From NCBI GenBank assembly GCA_964480475.1, contig CAYZPW010000004.1:1-58715 (forward strand): 58,715 bases of DNA, read 5' to 3'. Numbering within the stretch: the first letter of the stretch is position 1; each line of letters starts with the position of its first letter. A model generated the notes under the pieces. It was not told the DNA's origin. It saw nothing but the letters and a program-made list of their open reading frames with translations, and did not search any database. Position numbers and translations under genes: made by a program. Shown here in pieces: positions 18,254-26,356 of this stretch. Source of the stretch: an uncultured bacterium (lineage in GTDB: Bacteria; B130-G9).

Positions 18254-18257
18254 GCTC

Positions 18258-18488
18258 ATGGGAGATGCCGAAAAGGAAGCATACGGCTTCCCCGTCGTCA
18301 TCGAAAAGGACAAAGATGGCACGTCCTCCAACGTTAAAGATAGGCTTGAAAAGAAAGACTCTCAGTCTGATCTCGACTTGATCGAGCAGCGCCGCGATGA
18401 GCCTTCTCGCCCGTTTAGGGCATTCCTGGCCGAGAAAAAGAGGGGCAACAGGTCAGCCCTGGAAGACAACAATTCATTGTTGAGGTGA
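18258..18488 (+). pseudogene. Possible HicB-like antitoxin remnant
   Basis: FPVVIEKDKDG resembles HicB N-termini, but the expected PxLPGCxxxG core is missing. Confidence 0.35.
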
Positions 18489-18495
18489 GCGCCCT

Positions 18496-19191
18496 TCAAA
18501 GCCCAGACAGCCGCAGGATTACCGCGGCAAGGGCGCATAGGAATGTGAGGAGCAGAAAGGCGAGTCCCACGCGTATGGCGACCTCTTGCCTTCGCATCCA
18601 GAGTCTGTAAAGCGGCGTTGGTGTCAGTATCTGGGCTCCCCCACCCGTAGTGCTTACCTGAATCGGGTAGTATCTTTTCGCAAGCTCAATGCGCTCATGC
18701 CAGTTCCACATAAGCATCAGACCAGCAAACAGACCAAGGAAGGGCGAGTAGAGCTCGAACACAACGCTTATCAGGGGCGAGGGATAACTGCAGAATGACC
18801 ACAGCAAGAAGAGAATCAGGACCAACAAAACGGCAAAAAAGATGAAGTAAGAAACCTGACCGTGAATGAAATAAATTCGCAAGAAGCACGAGACGATTTT
18901 GCCCGTCGGCCTCGCCTGGGTCACAGTGTCTTGTTTGAGGCTGAACCTGATTCCCAGTGCTATTTGGTCAGGCTGAGACAAGCCCACCACGGGAAGGATT
19001 GAACCCTTGAATCCCTCATCAGCGCTCTGCACAAGTATGCACCTGCTTCGGCCCTTCCAGTGGATTCTCAGTGCACTGCCATGTGCAGGCTTCTTTTGTC
19101 CCAATGGCAGACGGATAATACACCATCTTCCGGGGATGTCCTCTAAATCCGCTCCGCCACGGGCGATTTCAATTGCCATTCTTGATTGCAT
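18496..19191 (-). CDS. Hypothetical membrane protein (about 3 TM helices)
   Basis: 231-aa ORF with clear hydrophobic segments; no family recognised. Confidence 0.5.
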   Translation of the reverse strand: MQSRMAIEIARGGADLEDIPGRWCIIRLPLGQKKPAHGSALRIHWKGRSRCILVQSADEGFKGSILPVVGLSQPDQIALGIRFSLKQDTVTQARPTGKIVSCFLRIYFIHGQVSYFIFFAVLLVLILFLLWSFCSYPSPLISVVFELYSPFLGLFAGLMLMWNWHERIELAKRYYPIQVSTTGGGAQILTPTPLYRLWMRRQEVAIRVGLAFLLLTFLCALAAVILRLSGL

Positions 19192-19292
19192 ATATATTCC
19201 TCGATAGGCAATTTAATCCTTGCCACGAAGTTCGACAAGCCGGGACTGAACTTGGATTGTTATCTTGTGCCCTTTCTCTGTAAGATAGGCTT

Positions 19293-19532
19293 GTGAAAAC
19301 AACTCGCTACTTCGAGGAGCAAGTTTTGCGGAAGCGGCCCTATATTAGGCGGGAATGGTGCGTTCAGGCAATTCGAAAGCCCATTCGCCGGTCCGTTCAG
19401 CCGGACGGTCGCATTCGTTACTTCACATTTGTTCCAGAAGTAGGTAAGTACCTGAGGGTGGTCACGCTTGAGGACGGAGAAACAGTCCTTAACGCGTTTT
19501 TCGACCGGAGGTTTCGGGAGGGAGCGAATTGA
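19293..19532 (+). CDS. DUF4258/BrnT-like small toxin
   Basis: QPDGRIRY...KYLRVVTLEDGETVLNAFFDR; upstream of and overlapping a DUF2283 gene. Confidence 0.75.
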   Translation: MKTTRYFEEQVLRKRPYIRREWCVQAIRKPIRRSVQPDGRIRYFTFVPEVGKYLRVVTLEDGETVLNAFFDRRFREGAN

Positions 19533-19756
19533 AACTGCATTATTACGAAGAGACAGACTCGCTATATATCGACCTGAGCGAGAGACCAGGCGCCGAATCG
19601 CAGGAGGTGGCGCCTGGCGTCGTGCTGGATTTCGATTCGGATGGGCATCTGGTCGGCATCGACGTCGATCATGCGAGCAAGGTCCTCGATTTATCTCGTG
19701 TTGAGGTCGAGGCCCTGCCGCTGCCATCAGTCGCGATGAAGACCGCTGACAGTTGA
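19529..19756 (+). CDS. DUF2283 domain protein (putative antitoxin)
   Basis: YYEETDSLYIDL...GVVLDFDSDGHLVGIDV. Confidence 0.88.
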   Translation: MKLHYYEETDSLYIDLSERPGAESQEVAPGVVLDFDSDGHLVGIDVDHASKVLDLSRVEVEALPLPSVAMKTADS

Positions 19757-19762
19757 GGACGA

Positions 19763-19786
19763 GGGCGGTTCGTGAACCGCCCCTAC
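19763..19786 (-). repeat. Single GTAG REP
   Basis: Minus strand GTAG-GGGCGGTTC-AC-GAACCGCCC. Confidence 0.7.
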
Positions 19787-20083
19787 GGGAGGTATCCGGT
19801 CTTCCTGGCACCCAATACCTGGCAACAGCATCACCAGCCAAGGCCAATAGCTCGACCTCGCCGGTCAACGACTTGTCGCTGATGGTGGTGCCGTCAGATT
19901 GCGAAGCAATAGGTCGCTGCATCCCATGCGCGGAATGCGTGGGACGTGGAAGACCTGTCGCCGAAGCGGCGCGGCAGGTGGCGCTTCGCCCAGCTTGTGG
20001 GAGCGGCGGCTCGCCGCTCGCGGAGGGGGTGCGGCGGACGAGCGATTGCGGCGCCAGATTGCGCAGCGATATGATGGCCTGCG

Positions 20084-21436
20084 CTATCCCAAGCCCAGCT
20101 CTGCCATCGCGTGCTCCAGCTCATCGGCCAGCAGCTTGCCTTGCGAATTGCCGGAGAGGTCGCTGAGGATACGCCTCTTCTCATCATCGAGCCAGCCGAG
20201 GCGCTCCCGGAGGGTCTTGGCCCGCTTCGTGTGCTTTATGTCCTTCGTGGTTTCAGCTAACACGGCGTCGATGGCGGTCTTGTAGCCCTGGGCCGCCTGC
20301 TTGATGCTGTGCTTTTGCCTTATGTAGGTCTGGGCGGCCTTGCCGATCTTGTCCCCTTCCTTGGGGTTGGACCACAGCTGTTCGAGGCGCTGCGCCACGT
20401 CGTCCGCCTCGGTAGGGGAATGCTCCACGAAAAGGCATGCGCCGGCTGGGAGGTGGCAGCTGTGGACGAGACGGGTCGCCACGACGGGCCTTCCAAGCGA
20501 CATTGCGGTCAGCATTGTGGCCGAGGTCTCACGGATACTGGTCGTCCTGAGGTTCAAAACAACGTCCGACGCGCTGATGTAGTTGGCAAACGCCTCGTCT
20601 GGGACGTAGCCTGCCAGTCTGACCGATTCGGTCAGGCCGCGACGGTTGATCTTGCTGGCGATGTCAACTCTGGGGTCGGGGTCTCCTATGATTATGAGTA
20701 GAGCGTTGCGATGTTTCTTGAGGAGCTGCGCGAACCCGTCCAGGGCTACGTCGGGCTTTCTGTGGGGCCCAACAAAGCCTGGGCAAAGGACGACGAACTT
20801 CCCAAGCGGCAGGTTCAGCTTCCTTCGGGCCTGAGCCTTCTTCAAGACGTTCTTGCGCACGGGGATGCCCATATTAACGAGGTGCGCGGGGGTATCCGGG
20901 GCCGCTATCTTGACCATCCGCTTGACGTAGGGGTTATGCACGATGGCGGCCAGGCTGCTCCTTAGGACCTTCTCGTTCATCGGGAACGTATCCAGCAGCG
21001 CGTTGAACTGGTCGCCTGCCATGACGAGGCGCGCGACCTCGGGGCCCTTTGGGCCCAGGCATTCCTCTAACTCGCGGGCGTATGTCGCCTCGTCGCCGGT
21101 CGCGCGGAGCATGCTGGCTCTCGATGGGTGAAGGTTGAAGTCATGCAGGACGACGACGCCGGGGAAGTTGAAGACGTAGTGATACATGAACCTGTGGTGA
21201 AGGTCGTTGCCCATCTGATAGACAATTGCGTCATATCTCTCGGTCTCGAGGCGCCTCTCGAAGCGTAGGTAGTTGAACACCTCAAACTGCGACGTTATGC
21301 CCTCGTCGTCAGAGTCGTAGTCGTCGATGAATACGTCGATGTCCATAAGTTTCTTGAGCTCGGGGAGCAGATTCCGGGAATAGTCAGCGACGCCCGAACG
21401 AATGGGTGACAGAACGCCAAAAAAAGCGATCTTCAT
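20084..21436 (-). CDS. Glycosyltransferase family 4
   Basis: SGVADYS, YQMGN..HH, VVLHD, GYVP, ETSATMLTAMSLGRPVVAT; ATGA overlap with the upstream gene. Confidence 0.9.
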   Translation of the reverse strand: MKIAFFGVLSPIRSGVADYSRNLLPELKKLMDIDVFIDDYDSDDEGITSQFEVFNYLRFERRLETERYDAIVYQMGNDLHHRFMYHYVFNFPGVVVLHDFNLHPSRASMLRATGDEATYARELEECLGPKGPEVARLVMAGDQFNALLDTFPMNEKVLRSSLAAIVHNPYVKRMVKIAAPDTPAHLVNMGIPVRKNVLKKAQARRKLNLPLGKFVVLCPGFVGPHRKPDVALDGFAQLLKKHRNALLIIIGDPDPRVDIASKINRRGLTESVRLAGYVPDEAFANYISASDVVLNLRTTSIRETSATMLTAMSLGRPVVATRLVHSCHLPAGACLFVEHSPTEADDVAQRLEQLWSNPKEGDKIGKAAQTYIRQKHSIKQAAQGYKTAIDAVLAETTKDIKHTKRAKTLRERLGWLDDEKRRILSDLSGNSQGKLLADELEHAMAELGLG

Positions 21437-22284
21437 TCTGCAACCTCGCGTTCTTCAATGAGATTGAGTGCGAGTCTCATGCGATACGAAGCCCTTGGAG
21501 CGTCGGTTCTTTCTTGCCCTGGGGATTGGGGGAGCGCAATCACCGCCCAGGTTTCATGCACAAGGCTCTTTATCGTGCAATCATCGGGGCACAAGACGAT
21601 TCTGCCCTCTCCGCGCCCAGAAATCCGCGGCTCGGAGGAGTCATTGTGAGCTTCGCTCTCGAACGACGACGAAAGAGACAGGACGACGACGCCGAACAGG
21701 ATTGGGACCTCTTCAGCGACACATTCGTATCGAACTAACACCTGGTTCGCTTCTTGCTGGAGCAAACCGGTCGCGGCCTCCCTGGATTGTGCAGTCCAGC
21801 CGTCGTTTTCGCCGATCGGGGACGCTGGCAGTCGCGGGACCGCATCGAGCAGCGCCTCAAGCAGCATCTTCGCGGGATTCGCGCCGTGGTTGTCGGCTTC
21901 TTGGCCTGCGACAACTATATCGCCCCGATCGGACATCCTGAATCTGATCGCCGCTTCGCTCTGCCTCGGGGTCTTCTGCGGAACCGGCGCCCGGTCTCGG
22001 GTAACGACAAGGTCCCGAAGCGTGATCTTGAGATCAGATTCGCCGGGCTCACGCTTGAGGCAACGCCATATCGCCTCTCCCCGTGCGCTGAACGCGATAT
22101 CGGGGAGTAAAGAGGCCTCCACGTGGAGGTCATAATGCAACAGCTTTGCCTCGTCGAAGCAATAGCGAATTTGGACGGTTTCTCTACAGCCGACATGAAG
22201 CGCAGTTGCGGCCAAAAGAGCGATGCAAGAGATGATCAGGAATGCGCGGGTGCTCGCTCTATCTGAGGATTGGGGTGTTCTCAA
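21433..22284 (-). CDS. Hypothetical lipoprotein-like protein
   Basis: Hydrophobic N-terminus ending in VGC; beta-rich body; overlaps both neighbours. Confidence 0.6.
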   Translation of the reverse strand: MRTPQSSDRASTRAFLIISCIALLAATALHVGCRETVQIRYCFDEAKLLHYDLHVEASLLPDIAFSARGEAIWRCLKREPGESDLKITLRDLVVTRDRAPVPQKTPRQSEAAIRFRMSDRGDIVVAGQEADNHGANPAKMLLEALLDAVPRLPASPIGENDGWTAQSREAATGLLQQEANQVLVRYECVAEEVPILFGVVVLSLSSSFESEAHNDSSEPRISGRGEGRIVLCPDDCTIKSLVHETWAVIALPQSPGQERTDAPRASYRMRLALNLIEEREVAE

Positions 22285-25200
22285 TTGTGGTCCTGGAGTC
22301 GTCGGAATCGCGCAGATTTGGCGCTATTGCGCCGTTCTCAAGCTGATACGGCGATGGCAATTCAGGGTTGAGTCCAGCGCTTGCGCAGTTGGAGAGCTCT
22401 GAGTAGTTCATCGCCTCGTCAAACGCTTTGAGAGCGAAGTAGTATCGCCTGTTGGCCTCCGGCAGGTCAAATAATAGGTTCTCAGTGGCGCCCGGGAACG
22501 ATGGGAAAATGAGCACCGGGGCCGGCGACGCCGCCTCGAAATCCTCCTCAGTACTGATCGGCGCCATCGAAAAACGCACGTCGTAGCCTTCAGCACGGCC
22601 AAGCGAGCCATCATCGCCCGGCGCGGTCCAGTGAAGACGCACGAGGCTCCCATCCTCGCTCAGGTGGGCGCCCAAGTCGTCAACTCTCGCGGGAGGGGTT
22701 GCATCAGCTGTGAAATCATAGAGTCTCAGGCAATAAACGTCGTCAAACATCTCCTGATAATCATACCCGCAGACTATCATCATGTAGCCATAGGGGCCCA
22801 CCACCCCAGCGGGTATCATGAGGATAGGCGTGCGGACGATAGGCGGCCTGGGGATTCCTGTGAGTATCGGCGCCAGGTCGGTCCAACTGTTTCCGCTGAT
22901 GTCATAGGAGAAGATTGCGTTGGAGACCGAGAAATTAGACGTTCTTCCCCCAAATGCGATTATCCTGTTGAAGTCAGAATCGTATCGCATGTCGTGAATA
23001 TAGGTCTCCTTTGGTGCAATGCCGTTCAGGGCCATAGAAAACCAGACCAATGACTCTGGATCGAGTGTGAACATGCTGCTTGTGAAACCATCCTCACCCA
23101 AGCCCCCGAACAGGAATGCGCTGTCGAGGGCCTCAGCATAGGCCATCGCTGTCAGATAGATTGTCGAAGGGCAGAAACCATTGCACTCAAAGGTGCTCCA
23201 TTCGTATGTCTGAAGGTCAAAGGCGTAGAAGTCGGTCACGAATTCGCCGCCGGAACTCATGAGGTATGCCCCATAATAAAGCAGGCGGTTGCGCGACGCG
23301 TCGAGAAACCCAGACCCGATAAGCGGCGTGCCTTCGGAGGGTTCAAACACTGGAGCGTCTCCGACAGGCTCATACTTGACCCAAACATGGTCGGGCAGGA
23401 CGAGCTGATAGACATTCATGTCAAACGCGAGCATCCAGATGCAGTCACGGGCTGAATCAAAGTGCGCCAGACATCGACCGAACGTCGGGAAAGGCCCGGA
23501 TGTCGGCACCTGCTCCCATCTGAGGCGTTCAAGGTCCAGAACGTATAGGATGTCCTCCTCCTCGTAGTCAGGAGTTCCGCCTAAGACATAGACGCGCTTG
23601 CGAGCGGGGTCGAGGACGACCTGGTGATTGAAGCGCGGGTAGGGCGTGGGCCCGGCGGGTTCAATCTGGAACCAGTCAACATCTGCTGCTGGGCGAACAG
23701 TCATAACGTTCGATGCGTGCCCGTCCTGGCCCAGTTCGTCATGCGCCGTCACGAAGAGCTCATATTGAACACCGTTTGCAAGACCCTTCAGCGTATAATC
23801 CCTCGTGAGCCCAACATCCAGAGTGCTGAAATCCTGACCAGCTTGAGTTTCACTTACCTCGAAATCAATCGCTCGATAATGGACGCGGTAGCCGGTCACA
23901 AACAGGTTATCAGGCCTCGACCACTGAAGCAGCGCTGAGCCCGCGCCGGCGACGACAGTGCCCAGGGTGGGAGCATCGAGCAGTTCTTCGGGCGAGGCCA
24001 CATACTCCTCCACAGTATAGTCAGTCTCGTTTGCGCAAGCGTCCACTGCGGTCGCAGCAAAGTAGTAGGTTCTCTGGTTGTCTAGGCCTGTAAGGTCGAT
24101 GGCGGTTTGCCGGAAGACCTTGATCGGCGAGGGGCCCTGGTCGGCGTCTGTCCCCTCGTATGGCTCACAGCAGCCATCACTGTCGTAATAGACCTTGAAG
24201 AAGGCGGGGTCTGGGGAGACGTTCCATTGGCATCTAATCGCTCTGTCGCCGACGCTTCCCTCCCTGATGGATATTACCTCTGGCGGATCGAAGTCATACT
24301 GACCGGACGTCCTGAATTCAAAGTGATAGGGCTCTTGCAGGGCGTTACCTCCTCTGTCCATCAGGGAATCATATACCGTGACGGAAACGGTTGCGCCGGA
24401 TGGGAAGTATTCATAGGGTGTGAAATGGATACAAGCGGCGTAGGGATCATATACCAGCTGCCCTTGCCAAACCCCACCCGGGTCACTCTCCACCCGCAGC
24501 GTATCAGATGATACGCTCTCCGGCGCCACGTCATCTGAGACGACGGCAAACACATGAGTATTCCGGGGCACATCTCGCTCTTGGTGGGCTGGAATTGTTA
24601 TGAGAACTCGCGGCGGCGCGCCGTCCTCCCCGAAACGGAACGTCCAGGACACAGGTTCCATTGCATTCTGCGACGGGGCATCGTCGCTTGCGGACAGCTC
24701 CACCCTAACTTGCTGCCCATACTCGAATCGACCGCTGCTCCCGTAGTAATTCACTTTCGCGCCGTTGAACATCATGAACAGCGTGGGACTGACAATCGCG
24801 TCGTTGATCGTCATTCGGACCGAATCTGCGTCTATTCGGCCACTAAAATCCCTTATGAAGGCAGAAATCCCGCTCGACGTCTCCCCGAACAACTCGTCGA
24901 GATCGACCACCGCTCCGTCCGGCGGTGACGTGGAGATGAGAATTGGCGGCCACACGTCGGCGCCAATTGAGAACGAGAAAGAATGGGACGCCATTACGTT
25001 GGGCGGCGCGGCGAGGTCCTGCCCCGTTATTTCAACGTCGTAACGCCTGTTGAAACCGAACTCTCCCTTACCCATATAGGTCATCATCCATCCCTCATCG
25101 GCGCGCTTGATACTGGCATTGACGTCCCGGCCGTTGACCGTCATCACAAGGCTGCCAATATCAACGTCCGTTCCGTTGTCGCCTATCATCGCGAAAACCG

Positions 25201-26356
25201 AGAACGGGTCGTCCGGGTTCTCAACGACACCAGCAGGTCCGAAGTCCTCCACAAATGGCGGCTCGGTGTCCGGCACAGCATCCGGTCGAATCGTGAAGGC
25301 ATATCGATATGGCTCCATCTGATTCGGTGTCGGGGACCTATCCGCACAAGCGATCTCAATGCCCATCTCAGAGCCGGGCGCAAGATGCTCATCGGGCGAA
25401 TAGACGACGATGACAGAATCCATGAGCTCCTGCGTCTCGAATTCTACGACGTTTCCATCCACAAGTAATTCAATGCTGCTGGGGTCAACTCCTGTCCCTT
25501 CGTCGGACAACTCGATCGATATCGTGGGGTTCGTCCGAGGCGCCTGCTCACCCGGCATGGGCGAGGCGCGGACGAATGACGGAGGCGTCGTATCGTATAG
25601 CCAATGGATGATCCGACGAAGGAGTTCATCGCGGCCGCTCGGGCCTCCCTCACTGTCAACTAGCGCCTCAAGCGCAAAGGAGAGGAACACTGCACGGTAA
25701 TGAAGCGTGGTTCCATCGGCCGGCAGGCGAACTGCCGCCCCATTGACCAGTGATTCGGAACTCATAGTCATGAAGACCTGAGCGTATTCATCGAGTGGCC
25801 TGACGAGCATGAAAAAATCTCTATTGCCGAAGGGTGATTCTGTTGAGAAGGACATGCCGGACCCAATAGGATCGTGCGGCGCTCCAAGTATCAGAAGTGG
25901 TCGCGTGTAGTAATCATACGCGACGTGCATGTATTCGAGCAGCAGACTCTCCGTGTTCTGATACGCATACTCGCCGGCCGAGAGGAGAAGTGCCCCACCA
26001 GCATCCAGGTAAGCCATGACGCGTCTGGCGCCCTCGCCGCGGTAAAGACCGAAACCGCTCCCGCCAACAGAATAGACCACAATCTCGTAGGACGAAAGAA
26101 GAGCCACACTGGGTGAAGTCGCCGACTCAGCTATGCTGAAAGTGTCGTATTCAACGCCGACATGATCGAGCGCCTCCGTGAGATAGTATGCGGTGCTTGT
26201 CAAGAAGAAGGACGCACTGTCGTCAACGAGCAGGATGCTAGGCGAATGCCCTTCCTGGGCATCGTCCGCAAGAACATCCAGCGAGCAACCCGACGCAACC
26301 GCAATGATCGCCAGGATGGCCATTAGCCTCAAGACGCCAGAGTCTATCTGGTTCAT
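22259..26356 (-). CDS. Large lipoprotein: GATase-like N-domain, Ig/Big_5 repeats, Fn3 domains, Kelch propeller
   Basis: Lipobox VASGC; repeated DxxPP...GVD..SI Ig units; Kelch repeats (GPTPYPRFNH, VYVLGG, FLFGG, IIAFGG); Fn3 WTAPGDDG..YDVRFS. Confidence 0.8.
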   Translation of the reverse strand: MNQIDSGVLRLMAILAIIAVASGCSLDVLADDAQEGHSPSILLVDDSASFFLTSTAYYLTEALDHVGVEYDTFSIAESATSPSVALLSSYEIVVYSVGGSGFGLYRGEGARRVMAYLDAGGALLLSAGEYAYQNTESLLLEYMHVAYDYYTRPLLILGAPHDPIGSGMSFSTESPFGNRDFFMLVRPLDEYAQVFMTMSSESLVNGAAVRLPADGTTLHYRAVFLSFALEALVDSEGGPSGRDELLRRIIHWLYDTTPPSFVRASPMPGEQAPRTNPTISIELSDEGTGVDPSSIELLVDGNVVEFETQELMDSVIVVYSPDEHLAPGSEMGIEIACADRSPTPNQMEPYRYAFTIRPDAVPDTEPPFVEDFGPAGVVENPDDPFSVFAMIGDNGTDVDIGSLVMTVNGRDVNASIKRADEGWMMTYMGKGEFGFNRRYDVEITGQDLAAPPNVMASHSFSFSIGADVWPPILISTSPPDGAVVDLDELFGETSSGISAFIRDFSGRIDADSVRMTINDAIVSPTLFMMFNGAKVNYYGSSGRFEYGQQVRVELSASDDAPSQNAMEPVSWTFRFGEDGAPPRVLITIPAHQERDVPRNTHVFAVVSDDVAPESVSSDTLRVESDPGGVWQGQLVYDPYAACIHFTPYEYFPSGATVSVTVYDSLMDRGGNALQEPYHFEFRTSGQYDFDPPEVISIREGSVGDRAIRCQWNVSPDPAFFKVYYDSDGCCEPYEGTDADQGPSPIKVFRQTAIDLTGLDNQRTYYFAATAVDACANETDYTVEEYVASPEELLDAPTLGTVVAGAGSALLQWSRPDNLFVTGYRVHYRAIDFEVSETQAGQDFSTLDVGLTRDYTLKGLANGVQYELFVTAHDELGQDGHASNVMTVRPAADVDWFQIEPAGPTPYPRFNHQVVLDPARKRVYVLGGTPDYEEEDILYVLDLERLRWEQVPTSGPFPTFGRCLAHFDSARDCIWMLAFDMNVYQLVLPDHVWVKYEPVGDAPVFEPSEGTPLIGSGFLDASRNRLLYYGAYLMSSGGEFVTDFYAFDLQTYEWSTFECNGFCPSTIYLTAMAYAEALDSAFLFGGLGEDGFTSSMFTLDPESLVWFSMALNGIAPKETYIHDMRYDSDFNRIIAFGGRTSNFSVSNAIFSYDISGNSWTDLAPILTGIPRPPIVRTPILMIPAGVVGPYGYMMIVCGYDYQEMFDDVYCLRLYDFTADATPPARVDDLGAHLSEDGSLVRLHWTAPGDDGSLGRAEGYDVRFSMAPISTEEDFEAASPAPVLIFPSFPGATENLLFDLPEANRRYYFALKAFDEAMNYSELSNCASAGLNPELPSPYQLENGAIAPNLRDSDDSRTTIENTPILR

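Noticed and set aside
19260-19922. 220-aa minus ORF containing LALAGDAVARYW (RNase III-like)
   Set aside because: It is antisense to two convincing genes and has no other RNase III residues; likely coincidence.
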